A stretch of DNA of 64,000 nt from Patescibacteria group bacterium (GTDB taxonomy: Bacteria > Patescibacteriota > Microgenomatia > UBA1400 > PJMF01), in contig JBGTEY010000013.1 of NCBI GenBank assembly GCA_041747555.1, positions 16,814 through 80,813 on the forward strand, written 5' to 3'. This document shows positions 49,639 to 59,755 of the stretch, piece by piece (the first letter of the stretch is position 1; the number at the start of each line of letters is the position of its first letter). The position numbers were made by a program, and so were the translations under genes. The notes under the pieces are model-generated. The model saw nothing but the letters and a program-made list of their open reading frames with translations. It made no database searches and was not told where the DNA came from.

Positions 49639-51210
49639 TTAAAGAAGTGCTTTCGCGGCGAGTGTTTCAAGTGAGGTAGAGTCACTAACCTCAATTACGT
49701 CTGCTGTTTCTGGTACATCTGCTTTGATAAATGTTAACGAAACATGTCCTCCACAGAGCATTGCGATAGGTTTACTCAAAATCGCTGCTATCTTTGGGCC
49801 CTGCAGTTGTTCTTGATGAAAAGAATAGTAGACCCGAATCGTCGCCGATCCGTGTTCACCAGAAATTGGCTTCGCAGATCGAATAAGCGCCGCAACGGTA
49901 GAATTTTCATTAGCCACAAGTTCGGCAAACTGTTCCCATTTTGTGCAAAGGATATGGCCGTCACCAGCTGCAGTACTCACCGTATCAGCAAATTTTTGTG
50001 TCACGGGCATTTCATAATCTAAATCTAATGCAGGCTCCAAAGCCTCGATAAGTGCTTTTTTTGATACTGGCGCATGTTTTTTTGTGCTACTACTGGACTT
50101 GCGAACAGGTTCCCCATCTGCTCCGCCTCCTCCAGATTTTTTCTGAGAGCGTGCAATAATCTCTAAAGCTTTTAGCTCAAGTGGTAGGAGTGGAATTGGA
50201 CTCGAGTATGTCAGTACTTCATCAGAAAACTCTTGTAATAAAAATGTGCACACTCGAACATTTAGTGATGATGAATTGTCATCATTCTCGATGGCCAATG
50301 TCATCGAATCATGTAAGTATTCGAGCAACTGTTGATGAAGATATTGTTGTTGTACCTTATTGTCCCTTAATTTTGAAAATAGCGTGACTACTTCCTTAGC
50401 ATCTTTATTTAAAATTGATGTCACAATCGATTGTACCTGTTCGACTAATGAACCTGACGAAACAGACCGTACAGATTCTGTGGAGATTGCACCGGATCGT
50501 GATGCATGCTCTGCCAACTTGATTGCATCACGAAAACTACCATCTGATTGAAGTATAATTTCAGTCAATCCCGCTTCATCAAACGGTATTTTTTCAGATT
50601 CAAGCACATTCGAAATTGCTTCAGAAAGTTCCTCGGGCGAAGCCTTGTGAAATTGAATAACCTGACATCGTGAAAGAACTGTAGCAGGAATTTTATGCAT
50701 TTCAGTTGTAGCAAGGATGAAAATCGCATGACTTGGTGGTTCTTCAAGAACTTTAAGTAACGCATTAAATGCCTCGGTAGTTAGCATGTGTGCTTCATCT
50801 AAAATATAGACCGACACACTTCCTTCTTGAGGTGGGAGGGCGACGCGTTCTTTTAGTTGTCGAACGTCATCAATTCCACGATTGCTGGCAGCATCCATTT
50901 CATTCACTACATACGATTCACCGCGAAATATCTTTGACACGAGCGGCTCTGTTAAATCTGGACTAGAAAATGACGTTGATTTGCCTGAACCACTTCGAAT
51001 ACTTTCGAGAGATTTTGCATTATTTGGATCGTTCAATGTAGCACCAATAATTCGTGATGCGGAAGTCTTTCCCGTACCCTTTGGGCCCGCAAACAATAAC
51101 GCTTGAGGAAAAATTCCACTGGTAAAAAGTGACTGCAGTTGTTCCCGAACGGATTTCAAATGTAGCTCGTCAACAGACGTTGGACGATATTTTCGATTCC
51201 AATTACTCAT
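49639..51210 (-). CDS. dnaX: DNA polymerase III subunit gamma/tau
   Basis: RKYRP, GPKGTGKTS, DAASNRG, DEAHML, NALLK.LEEPP and SRC motifs. Confidence 0.96.
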   Translation of the reverse strand: MSNWNRKYRPTSVDELHLKSVREQLQSLFTSGIFPQALLFAGPKGTGKTSASRIIGATLNDPNNAKSLESIRSGSGKSTSFSSPDLTEPLVSKIFRGESYVVNEMDAASNRGIDDVRQLKERVALPPQEGSVSVYILDEAHMLTTEAFNALLKVLEEPPSHAIFILATTEMHKIPATVLSRCQVIQFHKASPEELSEAISNVLESEKIPFDEAGLTEIILQSDGSFRDAIKLAEHASRSGAISTESVRSVSSGSLVEQVQSIVTSILNKDAKEVVTLFSKLRDNKVQQQYLHQQLLEYLHDSMTLAIENDDNSSSLNVRVCTFLLQEFSDEVLTYSSPIPLLPLELKALEIIARSQKKSGGGGADGEPVRKSSSSTKKHAPVSKKALIEALEPALDLDYEMPVTQKFADTVSTAAGDGHILCTKWEQFAELVANENSTVAALIRSAKPISGEHGSATIRVYYSFHQEQLQGPKIAAILSKPIAMLCGGHVSLTFIKADVPETADVIEVSDSTSLETLAAKALL

Positions 51211-51592
51211 GGTGGTACCCTAACAAATGCATAATTCCATGCTGCAAATAAAAGCACAGCTGATCATCAACTAGTTTACCGTAACGTTTTGCCGAAGCAA
51301 CCGCTTCAGGAAAACTAATGACAATATCTCCTAAATGTGGAGCCACACCTTCTGGAAGGGGAAAATCGTCAAGCTGATTCTTTTCATGCTGAGGAAACGA
51401 CAGCACATCTGTTGAACCAGCATGACCAAGTTTGGATTCATTTAATGTCTTTATTTTCCTTGATCCGACAATTGAAATATCAATTTGAGCATCTTCAACT
51501 CCCTGATCTTGCAATGATTTTTTTGCACATGCACGAAGCTTTTTGCGATCAACCGGATATCTCGAGCCAATAAATAGGTGAATGGTAATCAT
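51203..51592 (-). CDS. ybeY: rRNA maturation endoribonuclease YbeY
   Basis: TDVLSFP, LGDIVIS and HGIMHLLGYHH motifs. Confidence 0.96.
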   Translation of the reverse strand: MITIHLFIGSRYPVDRKKLRACAKKSLQDQGVEDAQIDISIVGSRKIKTLNESKLGHAGSTDVLSFPQHEKNQLDDFPLPEGVAPHLGDIVISFPEAVASAKRYGKLVDDQLCFYLQHGIMHLLGYHHE

Positions 51593-51927
51593 GGCGTTTC
51601 ACCATCAGACAATATGCTGAGGAGTGTTCTTTCTATTTTTTCAACAATTATGGGTAGCACATCAGTATGCTGCTCTTTAAACGTATCAAAAAAATCAGTG
51701 TCAGTATACCTGAAGATAAACGAATTCATAAATTGTTGGCGCCCCTGAACCGTTGAAAGGCTTTCTAATATGATTGAAAGTGTTGTGTAGTTAATAAACG
51801 TAATCAGTTCTTGCAACACACTTGAAAAATTATCATTACTTTGTGTAGATAGAAAAGCATCAATCTGCTCAGATGGCAAGAGCGGTGAAAAAAATATATT
51901 GGAGAGTGCAGGATGAAGCTTCGTCAT
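51589..51927 (-). CDS. Hypothetical protein
   Basis: ATGA-coupled on both sides within the gltX-dnaX operon. Confidence 0.7.
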   Translation of the reverse strand: MTKLHPALSNIFFSPLLPSEQIDAFLSTQSNDNFSSVLQELITFINYTTLSIILESLSTVQGRQQFMNSFIFRYTDTDFFDTFKEQHTDVLPIIVEKIERTLLSILSDGETP

Positions 51928-52805
51928 GAGAGGGTTGGATGATGGAGTGGAATTATTCCAAGCGGTACTTCATTTTTTGGATCATCGACTAAGTAGAGAA
52001 TACATTTACCATTCGCTTTTGGACTCCAAAATAACCCGTCACGAATAAGTGCTGGGGAGCCAGTGCATTGAAATAATGTGTCGAGCGTTGGTGCAATATC
52101 ACCAACAACTGCAATTACCGCTCTCGCATCAGCAGGATTAATGACCACAATTTTGATATTCTTATAGGCACCCCTTAGATCATGAGATTCTTGCGACCAT
52201 TCGGGTAGGTTTTGAAGTGGCAGACCAAGTACGTATGTGGCCACATTAGAGTTCACAACATCAGTGTGCGGATAGCCAAATGCCGATCTGTAGCGCCTAA
52301 CGCCAGCCTCCCTAATGCGGCCAGAAGTTGTAGCTCTCTCATTATTTAGTGGCAAATGCTGATCAGCATAGATGGTGCCGGACATGGTTGGTAAGGTGAG
52401 CGATTTTAGACGAGAGCAAACGGTAAATCCAAAAATATCGCTCAATTGTTGTTCTAAGTAGAGTGCGGTCTCATCTGGTGGTGAACCTGGCGGCAGCTGG
52501 GAAAGCGCTTTGAGCTTATCAAGTACTATCTGAAACTCTTCGAGTGAGATATCCCATGCTATTTCTGGGGCATGACTCGATTCATTTGACAATGCTTGCG
52601 ATACTTGGCTCTCTACTGACAACGTAGCAGGGTAGGAAACCGACCCATATTCATGTATGACAATATCAGCGAGTTGTTCGACAGCGTCTTCTTTAATGGA
52701 GTCTTGTAGTTCGGGATACGTATTCAAAACTTTTGAGCGCAGTTCTTTGTTCAGTGACTTTAACTTGATTAAATGGGCAGATTGAGTTGTCATAATATGT
52801 TTCAA
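51924..52805 (-). CDS. Hypothetical protein with a C-terminal RlpA/DPBB-like segment
   Basis: KIVVINPADARAVIAVVGDIAP resembles the double-psi barrel V.V.N...V...V.D.GP motif; the fold call is tentative. Confidence 0.6.
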   Translation of the reverse strand: MKHIMTTQSAHLIKLKSLNKELRSKVLNTYPELQDSIKEDAVEQLADIVIHEYGSVSYPATLSVESQVSQALSNESSHAPEIAWDISLEEFQIVLDKLKALSQLPPGSPPDETALYLEQQLSDIFGFTVCSRLKSLTLPTMSGTIYADQHLPLNNERATTSGRIREAGVRRYRSAFGYPHTDVVNSNVATYVLGLPLQNLPEWSQESHDLRGAYKNIKIVVINPADARAVIAVVGDIAPTLDTLFQCTGSPALIRDGLFWSPKANGKCILYLVDDPKNEVPLGIIPLHHPTLS

Positions 52806-54241
52806 ACTGAAAGCGCATCACTTTGAATCAGTAATCGACTCAATACCTTTTCTTTTCCGAGCACCTCCATAGTTTCAAAAAGTGGGGGGGTGGCAGTTTT
52901 GCCGGTAATCGCAACACGGAGCATCATGAAGTACTGACGCTTGTGCCAGCTGCGCTCCTCCTGTAGATCTCGGATGTGACGTTCAATTTCTTCCACGGTC
53001 CAATCATCTATCCGAGAAAGTACATCCTTGGTTTCTGCAAGTTGATTTGTGACTTCTGTGGCAGTTGATTTTTTGGTAAGAAGTTGAGGATCAATAGTAA
53101 TTGAACGGTAAAAAAAGGTGGTATGCTCCTCAATATCGCGCAAGGTTACTAAGCGGTCAGCAACAAGTGGAAGAATTTTATGAAGTGCATCATTTGGAAA
53201 ATCATCCGGTAAAAAAGGGTGAATTCTTCGCTCAAGTTCTGCTGAAGGAAGCAATCTAATATATTGTCCGTTTATCCACTCTAATTTTTTGACATCAAAA
53301 ACTACCGACTTAGGGCTAATATCTTTTGGATCAAATTCTTGAATGTACTCATGCAACGTCAACATTTCTCGCTGATCTTGCGGTGTCCATCCTAGAATCA
53401 TAAAAAAATTAAGAAGTGCCTCTGGAAGATAACCAGCGTCAAGGAAAGATTGAGCAGAAACTGTACCTTTTCGCTTACTCATTTTACCTTTTCCATCTGG
53501 ATTGAGAAAAACGGGTATATGGCCATATACGGGAGGCTCCCATCCGAAAGCTCGATATAAAAGTACGTGTTTCGGTGTAGAACTTATCCATTCTTCACCG
53601 CGCAGAACATGGGTAATTTCCATTTCATGGTCATCAGCAACGACCGCGAGATGATAGGTCGGGAAACCGTCAGATTTTAGCAATACCTGATCATCAACAC
53701 TTGCTGAAGGAGTTGTAATCTCGCCACGAATCATATCGTCAAATGATACTGGTTCATCATCTGGAACTAGTAGTCGAATGACATATTCTTCACCAGCGTC
53801 AATTTGTTTTTTAATTTCTGATTGCTTACTAACACAGTGGCGATCATATTTTGGTGGTTGTTTGTCCTTTTGCTGTTGTTCACGTAGGGCAGACAGTCTG
53901 TCCGGGGAGCAGGTGCAGTAATACGCAGCGCCATCTTCAACAAGTTTAAGTGCATAGTCTTTGTACCTACTCAATCTTTGAGATTGCACGTACGGCTCAT
54001 GAGGACCTCCTTTTTCGGGACCTTCATCCCAATCGAGACCATATGCCTTAATCACGCTCAAAATCTTTTCTACAGCACCTGGAACAAGTCGAAATTGATC
54101 GGTATCCTCAATTCTCAAAATAAATGCACCATCGTGCTTTTTGGCAAACGCGTAGTTTTTGAGTAACGTAGCAATATGACCGACGTGATACTCACCAGTC
54201 GGACTTGGAGCCATTCGGGTTCGAATGATTTGTGTATTCAT
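52802..54241 (-). CDS. gltX: Glutamate-tRNA ligase
   Basis: RMAPSPTG, HVGH, RIEDTD, RGEEW and KMSKR motifs. Confidence 0.97.
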   Translation of the reverse strand: MNTQIIRTRMAPSPTGEYHVGHIATLLKNYAFAKKHDGAFILRIEDTDQFRLVPGAVEKILSVIKAYGLDWDEGPEKGGPHEPYVQSQRLSRYKDYALKLVEDGAAYYCTCSPDRLSALREQQQKDKQPPKYDRHCVSKQSEIKKQIDAGEEYVIRLLVPDDEPVSFDDMIRGEITTPSASVDDQVLLKSDGFPTYHLAVVADDHEMEITHVLRGEEWISSTPKHVLLYRAFGWEPPVYGHIPVFLNPDGKGKMSKRKGTVSAQSFLDAGYLPEALLNFFMILGWTPQDQREMLTLHEYIQEFDPKDISPKSVVFDVKKLEWINGQYIRLLPSAELERRIHPFLPDDFPNDALHKILPLVADRLVTLRDIEEHTTFFYRSITIDPQLLTKKSTATEVTNQLAETKDVLSRIDDWTVEEIERHIRDLQEERSWHKRQYFMMLRVAITGKTATPPLFETMEVLGKEKVLSRLLIQSDALSV

Positions 54242-54260
54242 AGTGACATTATACAGGTAC

Positions 54261-55346
54261 TTATCGAGTGCTTTGGATGAACTCTGGATCAACTGCACTC
54301 ACAAACCCTAAGAACCCATCTTCTGGATTTGAAAATACATAAATTGGTTGGAGATACTCCTGTTCTTCGAAGTCGTCGTAATAGCCAAGAGAGACTGATC
54401 TGATAACTGCGGTTTCATTTGCGGCGGGATGAGCAATATACCCTTCCCCAGCCTGCAACACCTGCCATGCTTCTTGAGAGGTTCGTATTGGATACGTATG
54501 AACCTGAGAGTAATCAACGGGAGAATAATAAGAGGCAATTTCAACGATAGAATCATCAGCGCGAAATGAACCACTGATGACTGCAGAAATAACGCCCGTC
54601 AACCCTTCTGGGCTATACATCCTGTACCTATTGTCAATTGGTGTGCGAAACAAATCAACCTGAAGATAATCGGCGTCAGATGGGGAAACTGCCTCCTCAA
54701 GCTCGCCGCCAATCGCCTTCATATATACAACCTCACCTGAAGCAGTCGCAACGTCGGATGGTAACAACCTTGCACCCTTCATCCAGTTTTTTACGGTGTC
54801 TACTGCTTTAAAGGTAGTTGGCACGCTGCTTCCCAAAAGTAACTCTGGCCGTGACAAATAATCAGTTGTCATTTCAAAATGATGATTTCGCGTGTTGAGC
54901 TCAAGCGTTGATTGAAGCGGCTCAGATTTTGTCCATCGATACCGCTCATTGCTTAAAATTTCTGGGTCAAATAGAAACCCAAATTCACTCGCAATGGAAC
55001 GTGCGCGCTGGTCGTCGAGTAAACTCGACGCAGCCTTTGGCATAAAGAACACTTTAGCGCGATCACCAAATTCTGGCAAGCGACCGTCTGCAGTTTCTAG
55101 TCGATATGAAATCGGGTTATCCTCTGATCCATCTGGAAATTGCAGCGTTGGCAAAGCCCCAAAACCAACAGTTGGCGGGGGCGGAGGAGGCGGATGCGTG
55201 GCTTTCCAGTATGCTATAAATGCGTTTATCGATACCCTACCAACCATGAGCACAACCAATCCCACTAGACCAAATTTGACAACTTGTCGACCCATTTGAG
55301 TTACATTAGTGAGTGTTGGTCCAACTGATTGTGGTGTGGTTGGCAT
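54261..55346 (-). CDS. Hypothetical membrane-anchored protein with a poly-Pro linker
   Basis: N-terminal TM, PPPPPPP run and C-terminal LGYY...YLQPIYVF. Confidence 0.8.
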   Translation of the reverse strand: MPTTPQSVGPTLTNVTQMGRQVVKFGLVGLVVLMVGRVSINAFIAYWKATHPPPPPPPTVGFGALPTLQFPDGSEDNPISYRLETADGRLPEFGDRAKVFFMPKAASSLLDDQRARSIASEFGFLFDPEILSNERYRWTKSEPLQSTLELNTRNHHFEMTTDYLSRPELLLGSSVPTTFKAVDTVKNWMKGARLLPSDVATASGEVVYMKAIGGELEEAVSPSDADYLQVDLFRTPIDNRYRMYSPEGLTGVISAVISGSFRADDSIVEIASYYSPVDYSQVHTYPIRTSQEAWQVLQAGEGYIAHPAANETAVIRSVSLGYYDDFEEQEYLQPIYVFSNPEDGFLGFVSAVDPEFIQSTR

Positions 55347-55405
55347 AAGCTAGGAGAATGATAGCAGGTAATGACGCTCTAATAAATAGGACGTATAATG
55401 GTTGT

Positions 55406-56062
55406 ATGCTGTTTGACATTTTAACTTTATTCCCAGAATTTTTTACTGGGCCACTTCATCAATCAATGCTCAAAAGAGCTGCCGTTACTCCCACGGTTGA
55501 ATACAATGTGGTTGATATCCGCACGTTTGCTGATCTTCCTCACAAACTTACTGATGATCGCCCATTTGGCGGTGGACCTGGTATGGTTATGAAAATCGAA
55601 CCCATTGCTCGCGCGCTCAAGCATCTAGATGCAAAAAAAGGCACTGCTCACCAGAAAATACTTCTAACTTCCGCAAAAGGAGAAATGTACACCCAAACTG
55701 TTGCGCGTGAGTGGTCTGAACTTGAGAGAATTGTGATTATTTGCGGTCATTATGAAGGTGTTGATGAGCGCGTAGCCGAGCATTTAATAGATGCAGAGGT
55801 AAGGATTGGAGACTATGTGCTCACTGGTGGTGAGCCAGCTGCACTCGTTATGATCGATTCACTCGTCCGCCTCCAACCTACTGTGCTCGGTAACCAAGAA
55901 AGCTTGGAAGGTGAGTCTCATGACACTCCCGGGAAACTCGGTTATCCACAGTATACGAGACCAAGGGAGTATCAAACATGGGCGGTTCCAGATGTATTGC
56001 TATCAGGAGATCACGAAAAAATTATCAAGTGGCGTCAGTTGCAAGAGCGTCAAGATCAATAA
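55406..56062 (+). CDS. trmD: tRNA (guanine37-N1)-methyltransferase
   Basis: TLFPE, DDRPFGGGPGMVM, CGHYEGVDER, GDYVLTGGE and YTRP motifs. Confidence 0.97.
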   Translation: MLFDILTLFPEFFTGPLHQSMLKRAAVTPTVEYNVVDIRTFADLPHKLTDDRPFGGGPGMVMKIEPIARALKHLDAKKGTAHQKILLTSAKGEMYTQTVAREWSELERIVIICGHYEGVDERVAEHLIDAEVRIGDYVLTGGEPAALVMIDSLVRLQPTVLGNQESLEGESHDTPGKLGYPQYTRPREYQTWAVPDVLLSGDHEKIIKWRQLQERQDQ

Positions 56063-56942
56063 CTACGCTTGCGAGTGCCTCGGGCAAAGAGAGTAACTGC
56101 AATTGAGAGTCTCGAAGAAGTTTATCTGAATTGAGCGCAGTGTTTTGTTGATAGGGTCTTACGGTCGTTTTGAGGTATTCAACTAGCGTCGTTTTTTTTA
56201 TTGCATACTCAATTTCTAGTTGTTGCTGAATATGGGTTGCAAATTCAAAGTCACTGACTTTAGTATTGGTTGTACAGTGGTAGATACCAGCTTTTTTTTC
56301 AGTAATTGCCCAACGAAGCACTGTTGCAAAATCATCGATATATGTCGCCGCAAAGAAATGATCAGTAAATTGTGGATACAGTGAGTCTGTGAGCATTCCA
56401 CGAACAGTTCTTCGTACAACATCGTGACGAGCAAAATCATCAGATCTAAATGGCTGATCAATGCGAAAAACAGTATTCAAACAAGTACTATTTAGCACAG
56501 CCTCTTCTGCAATTGCTTTGGTTTTGCCATACCACTCGATAGGGTTTGGCGAATCCGATTCTATATACATTTCATTTTTTGTGCCATCAAATACATACGC
56601 TGTTGAAATATGAATTAAATGAACTCCATATTGTTCACAAGCGGCAATAATGTTTTGAGTACCAACGACATTAACCAGGAATGCGGGACCATTTTTATCT
56701 TCTGACTGCTCCCAAGCTGCTGTTACGTTCGTAAATGCTGCAAAATGGACAAGTGCCACTGGTTGTGTTTTTTCAATCAGTTCGAACACTTGCGATTTGT
56801 TGGTAATATCAACTGGATTAGTCTCACTGTTAATATCGGCAGGAATTATCTCAAAATCATCTGCAGCCTCTGAAACAAATTTTGACCCAATGAGACCATT
56901 GCTCCCTGTAACAATAACTGAAACTTTTTCTGTATTATCCAC
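56025..56942 (-). CDS. rfbD: dTDP-4-dehydrorhamnose reductase
   Basis: TGSNGLIG, AAFTNV, ISTAYVFDG and YGKTK motifs. Confidence 0.9.
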   Translation of the reverse strand: MDNTEKVSVIVTGSNGLIGSKFVSEAADDFEIIPADINSETNPVDITNKSQVFELIEKTQPVALVHFAAFTNVTAAWEQSEDKNGPAFLVNVVGTQNIIAACEQYGVHLIHISTAYVFDGTKNEMYIESDSPNPIEWYGKTKAIAEEAVLNSTCLNTVFRIDQPFRSDDFARHDVVRRTVRGMLTDSLYPQFTDHFFAATYIDDFATVLRWAITEKKAGIYHCTTNTKVSDFEFATHIQQQLEIEYAIKKTTLVEYLKTTVRPYQQNTALNSDKLLRDSQLQLLSLPEALASVVIDLDALATDAT

Positions 56943-57477
56943 GAGTTAGTTCCCATACTTCAGATCCGAACACATCCCATGGCAGGCGCTGCTCGTCAGG
57001 ATCTTTCGCATTAAACTGTTGTGAAGTCGCATAAAACAAGGTCATATCACGATGATACGGATTAGAGACGCCATGAGCGACACCCTTTGGTATTCTCACC
57101 TGTACGGCGCTACCTGCGCCAAGGACGAGCCGCATATGGGTATCAAATGTCGGTGAGTCCTGACGTACGTCGTGTAAATTTACGAGGAGACGGTCATAGG
57201 GAGAAACAAACCATAAATCATCTTGCTCGTAATGTAAATGATATGCTTTGATAGTGCCTGGCACTACGACAGACATGCTTAACTGCCGAACTTCAAAAGA
57301 GTCTACCAAGCCCTCTACACGTCCTTCTGTGAGTCGAAATATTTCTGTAAAATTGCCACCGTCATCTTTGTGAAACGGACTCTTCATAAATTCAACACCA
57401 GTAATTGAAGGTGCTTTTGAGCCATACTCCTGAACTGTTACTTTTTTGTGGTATTTAGTGTGGATATCCATGATCAC
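56935..57477 (-). CDS. rfbC: dTDP-4-dehydrorhamnose 3,5-epimerase
   Basis: HLH, DVRQDSPTF and IPKGVAHG motifs. Confidence 0.9.
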   Translation of the reverse strand: MIMDIHTKYHKKVTVQEYGSKAPSITGVEFMKSPFHKDDGGNFTEIFRLTEGRVEGLVDSFEVRQLSMSVVVPGTIKAYHLHYEQDDLWFVSPYDRLLVNLHDVRQDSPTFDTHMRLVLGAGSAVQVRIPKGVAHGVSNPYHRDMTLFYATSQQFNAKDPDEQRLPWDVFGSEVWELTRG

Positions 57478-58517
57478 TCCTGACTAATTGGTTGGTAGTT
57501 TTTCTCGTAAAAGTCTTTATTTGCTATTTTTAGTGGCTTCCACCAGGATTCATTGGCCTCATACCACTCAATTGTCTTTTGCAACCCTTCTTTGAGGCTA
57601 ACGGCTGGCTTCCACCCAAGATTTGTGGTAATTTTTGACCAGTTTACACTGTATCGCTCATCATGGCCAGCGCGGTCTTTTACGAATTCTAGCTGATCGC
57701 TTGGGGCATTCATGAGTTCAAGAATCATCGAAACAACGTCTATATTAGGAATATCTTGCGAAAGTCCACCAACCACATATGTTTCACCAAACTTTTTATT
57801 CTTGATTACTAAGTCGATTGCAGAGCAGTGATCTTGAACATACAGCCAATCCCTAACCTGTTTTCCATTTCCATAGATAGGTACTTTTTTGCCTTCAAGA
57901 ATGTTCGTAATCGCAAGTGGTACTAATTTTTCTGGAAACTGATACTCACCGTAGTTATTTGAACAATTGGTGATGGTGTATGGCAAACCATAGGTTTCAC
58001 CATATGCACGGACGAGATGATCTGATGCAGCTTTGCTGGCAGAATAAGGACTTCTGGGGTCATAATGAGTGTCCTCTGAAAATTGAGTATCTGCTTCTAG
58101 AGCTAGTGTGCCAAAAACTTCATCAGTAGAGATATGATGAAAATGCTGAATGTCATGACGAAGTGCCGCATCGAGCAACACTTGCGTTCCAAGAACATTT
58201 GTTTCTAGAAAAAGAGCTGGCTCGAGAATGGATCGATCAACGTGTGTTTCTGCAGCAAAGTGAACGATACGATTCACACTCTTAACTAATGAATCAACGA
58301 GAGCTGCGTCGCAAATTGAGCCTTTAACAAATGTGTATCGTGGGTCATCGGCAATCTGTACGTGATTTTCATTATTTCCCGCATAGGTCAGCGCGTCTAG
58401 ATTGATGATTGCATCATCTTGGTACGTTTTGAGCCAGTAGTGAATAAAATTTGATCCAATAAAACCAGACCCTCCTGTTACCAGGATCGTGCGTTGAGAT
58501 GTGCTTGCTGAGTTCAT
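57474..58517 (-). CDS. rfbB: dTDP-glucose 4,6-dehydratase
   Basis: TGGSGFIGSN, AAETHVDRS, STDEVFG, PYSASK and NCSNNYG motifs. Confidence 0.97.
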   Translation of the reverse strand: MNSASTSQRTILVTGGSGFIGSNFIHYWLKTYQDDAIINLDALTYAGNNENHVQIADDPRYTFVKGSICDAALVDSLVKSVNRIVHFAAETHVDRSILEPALFLETNVLGTQVLLDAALRHDIQHFHHISTDEVFGTLALEADTQFSEDTHYDPRSPYSASKAASDHLVRAYGETYGLPYTITNCSNNYGEYQFPEKLVPLAITNILEGKKVPIYGNGKQVRDWLYVQDHCSAIDLVIKNKKFGETYVVGGLSQDIPNIDVVSMILELMNAPSDQLEFVKDRAGHDERYSVNWSKITTNLGWKPAVSLKEGLQKTIEWYEANESWWKPLKIANKDFYEKNYQPISQE

Positions 58518-58561
58518 ATGTCTATTATACGGTCTATTGTGGATGTTGGGAGTATCGGATT

Positions 58562-59704
58562 TTATGGAGTAGATACTTGCATGCCAAGTAATGACCTGAC
58601 AGTTGAGCTAAATTTCTCTGGATCGATGATGCGATACACCCACTGATTATTATACTCACTAACCGGTGGATGCTCAATTACCCCATTTTCATCTTCAGGA
58701 AAAATAGGAAGATTGTGGGCTATCATCTCAGGTTGCGCATCGTTTTCCACCAAGGTAAACCCAGTAGATAGCACTTCAGAAATAGGCAATTGTTTTTCAA
58801 ACGTTTCTTGATAGAGCACATACAACTTCGCTACAATCTCTGGATTAAACAAAACATCTCGCGATGTTATTTTTTGTATAAGTGACGTCAACACTACCTG
58901 TTGACGACGATTGCGTGCAACATCAGTAGCCTCCTCTGCAGTGTCACTATTTCGACTACGAATGTACTGGAGAGCTCGCTCGCCCGACATTTGTTGAGGG
59001 CCTTTTTCAAATGTGATGGCTTGATAGAGCTGCTCAGGATCAGTGACAGTAGTAACATCGACATCTGGTTTGGGAAAAGTAGAATCACTAAATCCAACCG
59101 GTACATCTACTTCAATTCCGTCGACTGCATCAATAATTCCCTCCAACGAACTGAGTGATATTAGAACCGTGTGATGAATGGGAACACCAGTTAATTCTGA
59201 AATAACTTCTTCTGAAAATTGCTCAGGACGGTCTGGGTATCGTTCAGCACCATAGACATAGAGCGCATTTATTTTCGTTTGATACGCTTCACTCCAGATG
59301 TCCCGTGGCAGCGGCAATGAGTTGACTTTTCCTGTCTGCAGATCTACAGAAATCAAAAGAATAGTATCTGAAAGTGCGGGACTTCCCGGTCTTGATTCTA
59401 AACTATCTAGTCCAAGTACCAGGAAATTTTTCTTTCCATTTGTGGCTGTTGGAGAAGTCTCATACGCTGTTCTCACCATTTGGATGAACTCGGGCGGAGT
59501 GGTGTTGCTGGCGTCAGTAAATTTGACAAATTGACGATACATAAAACCAGCCGCAACTATGCCAGTTATAAACAGCATAACAAAGGTAAAAACTAGCGAA
59601 AGTAGGGTAGTTTTAATCAAAATTCCTGCCAAAGATACAGTTTTTTCTGGGCGTACCTCAGTATCCGGGGCAATCTGGTCGAGATGTTCCTTCTTTTTCA
59701 CCAC
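58562..59704 (-). CDS. LytR-CpsA-Psr (LCP) family glycopolymer ligase
   Basis: NFLVLGLD, SDT, LPRD, KINA, ALQYIRSR and D..RNRRQQ motifs. Confidence 0.92.
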   Translation of the reverse strand: MVKKKEHLDQIAPDTEVRPEKTVSLAGILIKTTLLSLVFTFVMLFITGIVAAGFMYRQFVKFTDASNTTPPEFIQMVRTAYETSPTATNGKKNFLVLGLDSLESRPGSPALSDTILLISVDLQTGKVNSLPLPRDIWSEAYQTKINALYVYGAERYPDRPEQFSEEVISELTGVPIHHTVLISLSSLEGIIDAVDGIEVDVPVGFSDSTFPKPDVDVTTVTDPEQLYQAITFEKGPQQMSGERALQYIRSRNSDTAEEATDVARNRRQQVVLTSLIQKITSRDVLFNPEIVAKLYVLYQETFEKQLPISEVLSTGFTLVENDAQPEMIAHNLPIFPEDENGVIEHPPVSEYNNQWVYRIIDPEKFSSTVRSLLGMQVSTP

Positions 59705-59755
59705 TTTATAGTATCACGAATACCAATGATCATGGCTCTGGGTTACAATAGGTGG

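Noticed and set aside
55175-55195. G-rich run GGCGGGGGCGGAGGAGGCGG as a possible G-quadruplex or repeat
   Set aside because: It encodes the poly-proline linker of the minus-strand gene.
55942-55950. Perfect DnaA box TTATCCACA
   Set aside because: It is a single copy inside trmD encoding GYPQ, with no cluster and no AT-rich unwinding element.
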